64,000 bases of DNA from Octopus sinensis. Lineage: Eukaryota. Position 1 is the first letter of the stretch. Each line of letters begins with the position of its first letter. The position numbers and the translations under genes were made by a program. The stretch is taken from positions 17,793,360 through 17,857,359 of the forward strand of contig NC_043019.1 of NCBI RefSeq assembly GCF_006345805.1, read 5' to 3'. Of the stretch, positions 11,132 through 23,300 are shown one piece after another. The notes beneath the pieces were generated by a model that did not search any database, was not told the DNA's origin, and was given only the letters and a program-made list of their open reading frames with translations.

Positions 11132-13613
11132 TGGTTGAACTTTACATTTTGTCAAGCAAGAAAATATCAGAAATTCCTGAATGAGGACTTTTTAAATAAT
11201 CAAATATAAATAGCAACATCATTCTCTAAATATAGACAAATATGTTGACTATGGTTTGTAATAAAAGCTAATGCTGTCTTGCTTTTTAATATAACAGACA
11301 GAATTGTTTGCAAGCTGGGCAAAATGGTTGGCAGCATTCTGAGTCGAAATTCCACTGAGGTTGACTTTGCTTTCATTCTTTCAGGGTTGATGAAATAAAC
11401 ACCAGGTTTGGACATTGGGGTTGATATAATCAACTTAACCACTCCCTTAAAATTGCTGGCCTTGTGCAAAAAATTTGAAACCAGTATTATCATGCTTCGC
11501 AGATTTAACATGTGGGACAAAATGCTTAGTGGTATTTTGTCCATCATTACATTGGGAGTTCAAATCCTGCTATGGTTGACTTTGCCTTCCATCCTTTCAG
11601 AGTCAATAAAATAAGACCCATTTGACCCATTTGTCAATCAACTTAACCCCAACCCTAAAGTTGCTGGCCTTGTACCAAAATTTGAAACCAATGTACAGTA
11701 ATATACTCTCTCTCTTTTACTCTTTTACTTGTTTCACTTGTTTACTTGTTTACTGCGGCCATGCTGGGGCTTATTCTTTGTAATTCCAGTACTTATTCTA
11801 TCGGTCTCTTTTGCCGAACTGCTAAGTGACGGGGACGTAAACACACCAGCATCGGTTGTCAAGCAATGCTAGGGGGATAAACACAGACACACAAACATAT
11901 ACACACACATATATATATATATATACATATATACGACAGGCTTCTTTCAGTTTCCGTTAGCCAAATCCACTCACAAGGCATTGGTCGGCCTGAGGCTATA
12001 GCAGAAGGCACTTGCCCAAGATACCACGCAGTGGGACTGAACCCGGAACCATGTGGTTGGTAAGCAAGCTACTTACCACACAGCCACTCCTGCATATGTT
12101 AATTATTGATATTTAGTTCATTAACCTCAGCAAGATAAAAAAAACAATTTTGGTTTAACAAGGCCACACCATTCTTCTTATCACAACAACGACCTCAATA
12201 ACATACTTGTCACTGGACATTATCATCATGGATGGATCGGTCAACACTACTGACTTTAGTATTTGACTATTACCTCTGAAAGGGTGAAAGGCAAAGCTGA
12301 CCTCAGCAGGATTTGAACTCAGAACAAAATCAGATGGAGAAAATACTGCAATGAATTTAGTCCGACTCTCAAACAAGTTTGCCAGTTCATCATCCCATTT
12401 CTGTTACTGATGATGATCCTTTTTACTGTAGGCATAAAGGCCTGAAATTTTGTGGAGAAGGGAACCAGTTGGTTACATTGACCCTGTCGTCCAACTGGTA
12501 CTCATTTAAATGACCCTGAAAGGTAAAGTTGACTTTGACAGGATTTGAACTCAAAATGTAAAGACTAATGAAATGCTACTCAACACACAAGGCCCAGTGC
12601 CTAATTGGTATTTTATTGATCCTGAAGGGGTGAAATACCATAATCAACCTCAACAGGATTTGAACTCAGAATATAAAGCGGGAATAATAATAATAATGAT
12701 AATAATAATATGTGCATTGTTTTGTCTTGGAGTAAAAGATGGGCTACAGCAAATATTCTGCTCAATACCACAGATTTGCTTGTCAGTTGTTTGACCTTAA
12801 CCAGTTGAGCATGTCCCTTAGTGGCTGACGATCTGTCCATCTCTGATCATGAGCAGAAGTAGTGGGGGAGCATCATAGCCATGTGTTGAGAGGCATTCTT
12901 TGGGGTTTGAATAATTCACCTCTGGAAACATGGGTGGTTCGTTCAACATCCTTAAACAACCCTTATTCAGGGACCTTTTGAGCGGGGTGGGTTACTCGAC
13001 CAGAAGAAAATTCTAACTGGGCCCCACCTGCAAGGTCATGTGCTATTTATCTTGATATGAGATCACTATGTCCCGCACATATAGTTGTGATGCATGTGCC
13101 TAGTGTACCCTTATCAGACAAGTAGTCATGATGGGTATGCTGGGCTTCGTATATTTTACCCCAGTGTCACTTTGATGGCATGCACTGCTCTCTCACTCAA
13201 TAATAATAATAATAATAATAATACCTCAATAATAATAATCTATCTTCTATCTTCTATACCAGTGGTTATCAAAGTGGACAATATCGTTAGAAACCAGCTG
13301 AATTGTTTTTTGTTTTCCAGCCATTAGTTAATTCATTACAACAGCATAGCAATACGCACACTTGTTATACAGAGTTAAGAAGTTTCGATTATTTTAAAAC
13401 CACATTATTCATAGTTGTTTATCAATCGAGTCATTATTTTGTTTTTCTTGTTTAATTGTAAAAAAAGCCCTGAAAAATGAACAAATGAAGCAGTTTTTAA
13501 AACAAACCAACACGAGGAGGTGGAACTGGTCAACATTTTCTCGTTCTTTTCGAAATTTCTTTTATTTAATAATCTTTATTTATTTATTTATTTATTTCAC
13601 TTTTCCATAAACC

Positions 13614-14645
13614 ATGTCTGCAACTGTGGAGGGAAATACAGAAAGGTACAAACAGTTACAAAACATAAAAGCCAAGTCTTGTGCCTTACCCAAAGAACGT
13701 GACTAGGGTGATGGAGCTCCTGAGGGAAAGTCTACAAAGAAAGAACAGAAACCATTCTCTGTTAAGTTGGAACTAGGTTTGGTCCAGATTTTCTTATTGT
13801 TGCTTTGGCTACAAGAACATGGCAGATTGGACTTCTTTGTGCTGTTGTGTTCGATGAGCTTCATTTCGCTAAATTCATTTCATTGCATCTCCAAAATATA
13901 TTTTTCTTCGACATCCATCCTCCCCTGGGGAAGCTGTTCTTAACACTGGCAGGACCCTATACAGGATTTCAGGGAAACCTAAGTTTGGATCAGATTGGAA
14001 CTGAATACCTATCGACAGTCCCAGTCAGTCAGTTGCGATTACTACCAGCTATATTAAGAAGTCTTCTGGTTCCGCTTGTTTACCAAAATAGTTGTGGAAC
14101 TTCATCTTTCTCAATGGGCAGCACTTTTAGCTGCAAGCTTTGTGTTATTTGACAATGCCATCTTTGTGCAGTCTTGTTTCATCCTGATGGAAGACATACT
14201 TCTCTTCTTCATAGCATTGGCCCTGCTCTGTTTTCTAAACTTCCACCACATGCCTGAACAGGAATTTAATCTTCAGTGGTGGTTATGGTTGGCTATAACT
14301 GGGCTTTCATTGACATGTGCATTCAGCATCAAATATGTTGGTTTGATGACATTCATCCTTGTGCTGCTGTCAGTTTTTCAAAGACTATTGGTCAATGTTA
14401 GCAGATATTCTCAAATCTGATTTGTGCCTAGTTCAACATTTCTTTGCAGGCGTCTGTGTATAATTCCTGCATTCCTCTACATTGGAATATTCTTCATACA
14501 TCTGAGCATTCTCACCAAAGTTGGACCCCACAATAATGTCACGACAAGTGCGTTTCAGGCTAGCCTTGAAGGTGGTTTGGTAGCACTGACCAAAGGCCAG
14601 CCACCAAATGTAGCTTACGGGTCACAAATCACATTGCGCTACAAC
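13614..14645 (+). pseudogene. POMT1: Processed pseudogene of protein O-mannosyltransferase 1 (N-terminal/PMT domain only)
   Basis: Contiguous intronless similarity to POMT1: AVVFDELHF..FFFDIHPPLGK..GF.GN..IG.EY..VPV..LRLLPA..YQIVVELHLS..SIKYVG..SAFQASLEGGL..GQP..VAYGSQITLR. In-frame TAG at 13704, frameshifts near 13800, 14085 and 14380, TGA at 14418. Confidence 0.9.
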
Positions 14646-15189
14646 AATAACGGTGCAGCTTATTCTGTCTCATCTGAAAAAGTTCTTCAAATTCTAAAAA
14701 AATTTTCTATTTTTGTTTTCACAATGAAACTTTGCATGAGGATGTGCAAAGCATTTTCAATGCACAAGTTTTATGCACATATAGGCGCAGGAGTGGCTGT
14801 GTGGTAAGTAGCTTGTTTACCAACCACATGGTTCCAGGTTCAGTCCCACTGCGTGGCACCTTGGGCAAGTGTCTTCTACTATAGCCTCAGGCCGACCAAA
14901 GCCTTGTGAGTGGATTTGGTAGACGGAAACTGAAAATAAAATCTTTTCTTGAACATTCGACTGGTTGTGTCTCTCTTTTCCTTCTGGCACTTGTGCTCAT
15001 TCATACTTTTCACATTTATTGTAATCGACCGTGCAGTGTACTAAAGGAGCCATTCTCGTCACCTCTCCTTTGCATGGTCGTTTAAACACTCTTCTTCACC
15101 TGCTCCAAAGAAGGCAAGGTCGTTTCATCTGCAGAGAAGGTAATGGCCTCGGTTTGTTTGGAATGCAAAAGGCCTTGTGTTTTGTGACT

Positions 15190-15556
15190 ATCTTCAGAAT
15201 GTTCACAACATCAATGGCGAGTTCTTTGCCAAAAGGCTATCAAGACGAAATGCTCAGAGAAAACTGAGGAAGGGAGCCTTGTTTCATTAGGAGAATGCTT
15301 CAGCACACAATTCCTTGGTTTCAAAGGTTGCTGTGCGTGGCTGGCTTTGAACTGGTTGATCACCTTCCCTATGTTAGTGGTTTGGTTCCATCTGTTTCCC
15401 AACATAGACAAACACTCAGCTGGGCTCCAGTATCTCTGTGATGATGACATCTTATCTGCTGTTGATGACCATTTTGACCAACAGGACAGCTTCTTCACCA
15501 GTGCGATCCAAGCACTGCAACTACGGATGGAAGCGTGTGGACAGTAATGGGAACTA
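15190..15556 (+). mobile_element. Degenerate mariner transposase C-terminal relic
   Basis: Broken frames read like LFH.DNA.AH.S..GFEL.DH.PY..HLFPN..DDD..SAVDD.F.QQD..IQALQ.RW..C. Confidence 0.7.
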
Positions 15557-16416
15557 TGATAGCAGTTACGATGATGCCAATTACACAGCTAAGCCAGAGA
15601 GCTGCTAGAATAGACCAAATAATCCCAGAACTATTCCATGAGAGAGTCTTGCTCAGCCTATGGACATTTCAGCCGACCCCCACAACAATAAACATTATTA
15701 TTATTATACCTGCATTTGCATTAATATTAGCATTGAAAAAATCCACTTTTTTCGTAAAAAATAATGTCCCTTAGATTGCACCCACTAAGTAAATTTCGTT
15801 CCTGGGCCACAGTCAACAGTAACTTTCTCTTGCCACTAGCAAGCTGTAGTGGCAAATGATGGGCTATGAGGGTGTGGCTGTAACATCAAGACTAATTGAT
15901 AGCAGTTACGATGATGCCAATTACACAGCTAAGCCAGAGAGCTGCTAGAATAGACCAAATAATCCCAGTGAGACACATACTTAATATGCTGTTACATGGT
16001 CCCCTTGCATTCAGGTCTCATTGATGAGCTGTTATTTTGGTGTAGATACCTGATTCTGTTGTTTGTAGAAATGACAGCATAGAGTTTGTTAAGGATAAAA
16101 ATAAATGGATGCTATCAGGTCCCCGTGCAGCAACTGTTATTTCCTAATTGCTTACTCCTAGAAACTATGAAAAATAACTAATATTTCCTTCAGAAGTAAA
16201 TAGGAAATAGTATTTATTGACCAAACACAAAAAAAAAAAAAAAAAAAATAGGAGTGGCTGTATGGTAAGTAGCTTGCTAACCAACCACATGGTTCCGGGT
16301 TCAGTCCCACTGCGTTGGCATCTTGGGCAAGTGTCTTCTGCTATAGCCCCGGGCCGACCAATGCCTTGTGAGTGGATTTGGTAGACGGAAACTGAAAGAA
16401 GCCTGTCGTATATATG

Positions 16417-16447
<31 letters not shown>

Positions 16448-17763
16448 TTGTGTGTTTGTCCTCCTAGCATTGCTTGACAACCGATGCTGGTGTGTTTCCG
16501 TCCCGTCACTTAGCGGTTCGGCAAAAGAGGGTCCGATAGAATAAGTACTGGGCTTACAAAGAATAAGTCCCAGGGTCGATTTGCTCGACTAAAAGCGGTG
16601 CTCCAGCATGGCCGCAGTCAAATGACTGAAACAAGTAAAAGAGTAAAGAGTAAAGAGTGTAATCGAAGGTGCCACAGCTGGGATCATCTTATCTTTATTC
16701 TGATATATTGTATCTATGGTGACATTATTCTGCTTGTCATCTGTTTTTTATTCTCATTACTTTGGATTGTATATTGAAGCAGCTGTGGTTTCTATTTCTA
16801 GTTGGTCGACTGGACCACACGCTGAGTACCTCATTGAGACGATATCATATAAGTAATTTAAAAGGTTTATTAAGTGAAATGCATACAACTTGAAATTGAA
16901 ACTAGGTCGCCTTCTGAGAACTCAGAAAAAAGTTCTGTTGGGCCCCACGAATCAAGGGAGCTAACTGGTGATGACTTAATGACATGCAAGAAGAAATAGA
17001 AAATAAAACGAACATTTCAATAAACAGTTATAATACTGTTAATACTCGAGTATAATACGCATTTCCCCCCAAAAATTTAAAGGTCAAAATCCCTAGTGTG
17101 TACTATATACGAGGTTAAAAATATTTTCTAATAAAGGCGGTGCTCCAGCATGGCCGCAGTGAAATGACTGAAACAAGTAAAAGTAAAAGTAAAGTAAGCA
17201 ATGTCTCTATTTGCTGTCCGGCAATGTTTATTCAGACGCATTTTGTGATGTCGGGCACGAAAATACCCTAAGCTAAGCCTGAAAGCAATGAAGTCATAAA
17301 AGAATCATCCATAACTTGCAGTAAGCAACATTTATTAAAATAAAAGTATTAAAAACACAGAATAACATATAACAAAAACATTTTGCAAACATATTTATGT
17401 TTGACTTTTGGCAAAAATTTACAAAAATAAACAAATTTGGGAGAAAAAGGGGCGGGTCGAAAGTCTTTCCAACGAATGCAAACAACAACAAATAAATCGA
17501 TTTAAAAAAAAAAGTAAAAAATTAATAGTATAAAAAGTGAAATTACTGTAAACTTTTTTCATTTTAGAAAAACATATAAGTATAATGAAATTAAGCACCC
17601 GAACAGCAAACCCTGCGTACATAAGAAAAGCGCTGCCTCGGAGGATGTCCAGTGACACACGCATGTTATTGTTCATTTAAAATTGTTGCACTTGGATGCA
17701 TAACTATTGTAGACTCAGATCCTATCAGTCCCGATTCTTTATCAAATACGTAGATATAGACAT

Positions 17764-18366
17764 CTACCAGGTCAACAAACTTCCTGTTCTTTTGTCAATA
17801 ACTTTTTGGAAATATTTTGGCTTAATAAATCCATATTCATCTCCTTCAGTGAGTATTACTTTGTTTTCGGACAGGAAAAATTTCAGTCCGTCCCTTAAAG
17901 CCAAATTCAGATTCAAATAAATAATTATGTCAGAATATGGTGGCATGCCACTGATCACTCTGGGGTCACCTGGTTCCCCTATAGCGAAATGGATGTGCAT
18001 TCTTCTCATTTTGCTCAGACCTTCTCGTGAGATAACACTCCACGCATGAGGACGGGTTCCATGAATTACGTTCGGGTAATTCCTTCCACTTAAAACTGGT
18101 TTCAAATTTAAATCACATACTTGAAGTGAATGGCCTTGATTTGCTCGAATCATTAATTCCCCGTCTTGCTTTTTTATGGAATATCTCTTTTTCTCGTCGT
18201 GATCCGCGATGTGTTTGATATCACTTGCTGTTAAATGCCTGAATTCTCTCATGCTTAGTAAATCGCTTACTTTAACAAACCCATTGCTATCGATATTGAT
18301 GTTCATTTCTTTTGCTGAATGTCTTAACACGGTCACTAACCGTTTCGAGGTCTGTCTATCACCCAT
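17764..18366 (-). CDS. TRPT1: tRNA 2'-phosphotransferase (Tpt1/KptA family), intact single-exon ORF of 200 aa
   Basis: Motifs LRH, DGF(V), KKRY, IRANQGHS, IHGT, GLSKMRRMHIHF, GEPGDPRVISGM, FFLSENKVILT, GFIKPKYF are collinear with eukaryotic TRPT1. No stops or frameshifts. CpG-rich upstream flank. Confidence 0.95.
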   Translation of the reverse strand: MGDRQTSKRLVTVLRHSAKEMNINIDSNGFVKVSDLLSMREFRHLTASDIKHIADHDEKKRYSIKKQDGELMIRANQGHSLQVCDLNLKPVLSGRNYPNVIHGTRPHAWSVISREGLSKMRRMHIHFAIGEPGDPRVISGMPPYSDIIIYLNLNLALRDGLKFFLSENKVILTEGDEYGFIKPKYFQKVIDKRTGSLLTW

Positions 18367-19844
18367 ATTTTTGGTCCCTTTTCGTAACAGATGGTGAATA
18401 GGCGAAGAGGTTAGAAATGAATTTCGAGTAAACTCCGTCGAAAAGTGAAACTAAAGTTCTCGGAAGAAAGATTTTGTTTGCGTGAAACAAAAAGTTATCA
18501 GCTCAACACTGAAAAATAAGTAAAGATAAGACTTGATTTTTTTTTAACTTAGAAACCGAATGGGCAAGACTTCCACAGGTCCGCAACGTAAACCACCCTT
18601 AATTTTTTTCTTTTTTTTGTCACAAACGCCACTTTTCGGCGACGAGGAATAGAAATCTGGGCGATCTTTCGTCTCTAGTAGACCTTTCCGTCGAAATCTG
18701 CAAAAAAGTGAAACTAAAATTCTCTCGGAAGATCTAACAACAAGATTTGAGGAAAAAACATTAACAAAGGAACGAAAAAAATTAACACAAACGAAATTCT
18801 ATGCAGTATTGGCAATTTATTGGTAAAAGAGGAGAATTTCCATTCGATTCTTTGGTAAAGAATCCGATGCGATTAAAGAACATTTTAGAGAACAGGTTCG
18901 CACTTTCGGTGATTACTCAAAGTTGTCCCTCGTTATAGAAACGTCCGGTAACTTGCTCTTGAAAGTTGAAAGGCTCCAAAACGTTGTATCGAAGCTTAAA
19001 ACGTTTTTTTTTCCCTACATAAATATTATTTACATTTAAATATATTTCGTTTTGCCCTGTTATATACAAGCTGGCAGAGACGTTAGCACGCCGGACGAAG
19101 TGCTTCGCGGCATTTCGCCTGTCGCTACGTTCTGAGTTCAAATTCCGCCGAGGTCGACTTTGCCTTTCAGCCTTTCGGGGTCAATAAAATAATGACCAGT
19201 TACGCACTGGGGTCAATGTAATCGACTTAATCCCTTTGTCTGTCCTTGTTTGTCCCCTCTGTGTTTAACCCATGGTGGGTAGTAAAGAAATATATATATA
19301 TATGTGTGCGCGAGTGTATGGGCAATAAACATTGTATTCGTTCAGTGGAATATTTTTAAATAAACGTATGACTGTTGTAAGGTTAAAATTCTAATTTTCG
19401 CTAAAAAAGATGATAAAGCCTATAAAAAACAAAAGCAATAAACAGCAATACGTTGATATAAAAATGTGTTCTAATTTGTAAATTCATATGAAATTTATTA
19501 CCAACTTCAAATGTTGACTTTTCTTCAGCGAGAAAATAGTCAACGAGAGTTATGTCCCTCGATACACAATATCGGTATCTTTTTATTCATGATACGTTGA
19601 AATACCAGGTTTGATAAATAGCAAACCTTTTTCTTTTTTTTTTTTTGTTTTGGCTGAATTCTGATTTAAGCACTCCATATAAACCCTCACAACTTTTTTT
19701 TTATTATTTGGAACTTTCAGAAAACTTTTGCTTATTTGGCATTGCCCAAAACGTGAGGACTGGAATTTGGTAACTATCAGAATCGTTGTTTTTCTTATAT
19801 TACATTTCGAATTAAACGGTGACTCTTCCGTGTCGCAAAGTAAG

Positions 19845-19878
<34 letters not shown>

Positions 19879-20719
19879 CCAAAGTGCTTTTTAAAATGAA
19901 GTATATATGGATGTGTGGTAAGAAGCTTGCTTCTCAACCACATGGTTCTGGGTTCAGTCCCACTGCCCGGCACCTTGGGCAAGTGTCTTCTATTATGGCC
20001 ACGGACCGACCCAAACCTTGTGAGTGGATATGATAGACGGAAACTGAAAGAAGCTCGTCGTATATATATATATATATATATATATATACGTTATGTGTAT
20101 CTATATTTGTCCCCACTCCACCGCTTGACAACTGGTGTTGGTGTGTTTATGTCCCCGTAACTTAACGGTTCGGCAAAAGAGGCCGATAGGATATGTACCA
20201 GGCTTAAAAATAAGTACCGGGCTCGAAAAATTCAAGGCAGTGCCCCAGCATGGCCACAGTGTAATGACTGAAAAAAAAAAGAGTATATACATAGGATAAA
20301 GATCCTTCCCGAATCTTGTAGACTCAAAGGGTCGTTTTCATGGTTTCCATGATGTCTTTGTCACCCGCTCCACTCTGGACAGGGAGTCGGTATCTCACAG
20401 GATTACTCATTTTTGCCAACTGAGTGGACAGGAGCAAAGTGAAACGAAGTGTTTTTGCTCAAAAACACAACGTTCAGGGATCGGTTCAGGGATCGAATCG
20501 ATAATCTTACGATCATAAGCCCAACACCCTAACCACAAAGCAATGCATCTTCACTTATATACATATATATATAATTTTTTCGTAATGAGATAAAAAGCCA
20601 AGGCAGTGTAGATTTTAGAACATTTATGAATATTTATAAATGTTCTAAAATCTACACTGCTTTGGGTTTTTTTAAAATCTCATTACGAAATTTTTTTTTT
20701 ATATACACACGCTGATATA

Positions 20720-20839
20720 AGACCTAAGTTGGTCCCCTTATTCGCATAATCACCGAACCTGGAACTTATCCATAGCACTTATTCAGCATTACCTGACACC
20801 TTTGGGTCTCACTGACACCATTACCTCTCACAACCACCC

Positions 20840-20905
<66 letters not shown>

Positions 20906-21425
20906 ATGATATAGAAGCGATCACCTTCTGGCTAGAAAAATACCCAGAAGAGATCCAAGGACGCATTAACCACAGATTCATAATCGCAACACTCAAATTG
21001 ATCATGCTGAACAACTATTTCAAATGTGGAATTGCAATGGGAACCCGGGCTGCTCCAGTGATTGCAAACCTTGAAATGGGTTACCTAGAACTCAAGTTAT
21101 ACCAATCATCACCAGAAAATTATGGCGCCTCATTTCATTGCTATTTAAGGGAGAACTGGAAGAGGTTTTTGGATGATTGCTTCATACTTTGGAAAGACAG
21201 CATGGACAAACTCCGCGATTTCAAAATAATGCTCAACAACATACACAGCAATATACAATTCACTATGGAACACAACAGTAACCAACTCCCTTTTCTAGAC
21301 ATCTTAATTAAAATAATTAACAATCACATAGAAACAGACATCTCTTATAAACCCACAGATTCTAAACAATACCTATTATTTAACTCATGCCACCCCAAAC
21401 ACATAAAAATTAATATACCTTTTAA
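20720..21425 (+). mobile_element. Penelope-like element reverse-transcriptase fragment
   Basis: GIAMGTRAAPVIANLEMGYLE...WKRFLDDCF...IQFTME..LPFLDI..YKPTDSKQYLLFNSCHPKH is a typical Penelope RT/thumb signature. Confidence 0.88.
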
Positions 21426-21770
21426 ATACTCTGTTGATGTTGAAATTCCAATGAAGGAGCCTTGGATCTAGGTTAGGCTCTTTCTCTATTGGCCAGAAAT
21501 CATGAAATTAAACTGAATAATGACACATACATACATACATGCATGCAAACACACACACGCACACACACACACGTGCGTGTACATACATTCATAGATACAT
21601 ACGTACATACACCTATACATACATAATAGCGATGATTTCGTTTCGTTTCATAGCGTGAGATCAATTCAAGAGGATTTACTCGTACGCATCCTTACACACA
21701 TACACACACGTTCTTTTATTTTGCACTAATGTACACACATCTGTATATACACACACATATCTATCTAAAC

Positions 21771-21990
21771 CAGTGCTTTTCAAACTTTTTGCTGGAGCGG
21801 AACCCCAAGGAAACATTCCACTGGCTCGAGGAACCCCTGTGCAATAATTTAATAGTCTTATGCACACATATCTGCAAGGGGAGAATTAAAAATTACTGCC
21901 GATTTTAGCAGTTTTGTAACTTCTTGCGGAACCCCTGGACTGTACTGGCGGAACCCTAAGGTTCCGCGGAACCCTGGTTGAAAACCACTG
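21771..21990. mobile_element. hAT (Charlie-type) MITE, 220 bp
   Basis: TIRs CAGTGCTTTTCAA / TTGAAAACCACTG and a perfect 8-bp TSD ATCTAAAC at 21763-21770 and 21991-21998. Confidence 0.9.
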
Positions 21991-22299
21991 ATCTAAACAT
22001 ATCCTCATTGTTTTACTCTCATGCAACTCCATCAATCGCTTTCCAATTACGATCTTGTGTAATTGCTTTCTAGTGATATCTATTCATTCAGAATTTAGGG
22101 TATACACCCAACAAAAGAAAAATAAAGCTACAATATAACCCTATTGGGGTTTGTTCGTTCAGAATAATTTCTACATATCGTGATATGTTCGTTTACGTGT
22201 AATAATGTTACGATGAAGATACGTGTGTTGAACAGGTCTATGAAATATGGAAGAAATTGTTGTATACAGGGCCTAGGTGCACTACAACAAAGAAAAAAA

Positions 22300-23300
22300 C
22301 CCCCGAAGCCATCACGTGTATTGTTGGTGGATTTCAGGAATCTTGGAACTTTTGAAGGATGTAGTTACTCGACAGCTAACGACTGATGCAGGTAGTTTAT
22401 GCCATACTTCAACAATTCTGAGCATGAAAAACGGTTCCCGAAAGTCATGGATGCTGTGGTTTTTAGCGTGGCCGAGCGGTCTATGGCGCTGGTTTAAGGC
22501 ACCAGTCTCTTCGGAGGCGTGGGTTCGAATCCCACCGCTGCCAATATACATTCTTAAAGGCGGCGAGCTGGCAGAAACGTTAGCACACCGGGCGAAATGC
22601 TTAGCGGTATTTCGTCTGCGTTACGTTGTGAGTTCAAATTCCGCCGAGGTCGACATTGCCTTTCATCCTTTCGGGGTTGATAAATTAAGTACCAGTTACG
22701 CACTGGGGTCGATGTAATCGACTTATTACCTATGTCTGTCCTTGTTTGTCCCCTCTGTGTTTAGCCCCTTGTGGGTAATAAAGAAATAGGTTTTTGATTT
22801 TGTAAGCAAGTTCACGACTGTTTGTCATGTGGAATTCAAAAAGGTGCCCAAAGTTGTTGTTGGAACGATAGTTGATAATCTTGTGGGTGTCTACCAGATC
22901 AGTTGCCAATTGTCTGAGCTTCAACGTGTCCATGATCAGGAAAGCAAGACTTTCAGAGTATGGTAGATGCCTGACGGCGGGTGTTCGTTTTGTTGCACGT
23001 TTCTGAACAGTTTTTAGTAGATTTATACGCTGAACAAGATAGGGGTTCCAGACAGGTGATGCAAATTCTAAGCGTAGTCATACCATTGTCATATACAGTT
23101 TTGAAGAGATAGCTGGGGAGCGGCTGATAAAAATCTCACTGAGTGATGCTAGGACACCCACAGCCATCCTGACAATCTTAAATATGTGGTCTGTGCAACG
23201 CAGATCGCTGTTTACAATAATACCCAACCCAGATCAGGTATAAATTGCAAATGATAGTTGATCACGGGTAGAGATAGTTATAGCAAGAAATACACAAAAC
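22300..23300 (-). mobile_element. CR1/L2-type LINE 3' coding remnant, interrupted by the tRNA+SINE insertion
   Basis: DLG..VNSDL...LEFASPVWNPYL...VQKRATK...TLKLRQLATDLVDTHKII...AYKIKNHSIHDFREPFFMLRIVEVWHKLP, with the frame restored when 22465-22795 is removed. Confidence 0.8.
22462..22543 (+). tRNA. tRNA-Leu(AAG) copy, probably a retro-pseudogene (first 3 nt replaced, D-arm A>T change)
   Basis: AGCGTGGCCGAGCGGTCTATGGCGCTGGT-TTAAGGC-ACCAGTCTCTTCGGAGGCGTGGGTTCGAATCCCACCGCTGCCA, with anticodon AAG at 22496-22498 and a long variable arm. The acceptor stem starts TTTAGCG and cannot pair with the terminal CC. No oligo-T terminator follows. Confidence 0.85.

Noticed and set aside
15557-15968. TRIM / mini-LTR retrotransposon
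   Set aside because: No primer-binding site, polypurine tract or 4-6-bp TSD. Kept only as an unexplained direct repeat.
17419-17676. 85-aa hydrophobic ORF, and a GC-rich patch faintly like U6/U6atac, in the TRPT1 3' flank
   Set aside because: No recognisable homology, and the snRNA resemblance is only ~10 nt. Most likely 3' UTR.
18826-19020. ~64-codon Met-less open frame on the plus strand upstream of TRPT1
   Set aside because: No start codon, no convincing splice sites and no recognisable domain.
22462-22543. Functional tRNA-Leu gene
   Set aside because: The first acceptor-stem pairs are lost, the D-arm has a change, there is no terminator, and it lies inside a TSD-bounded insertion in a LINE. 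Treated as a retro-pseudogene.
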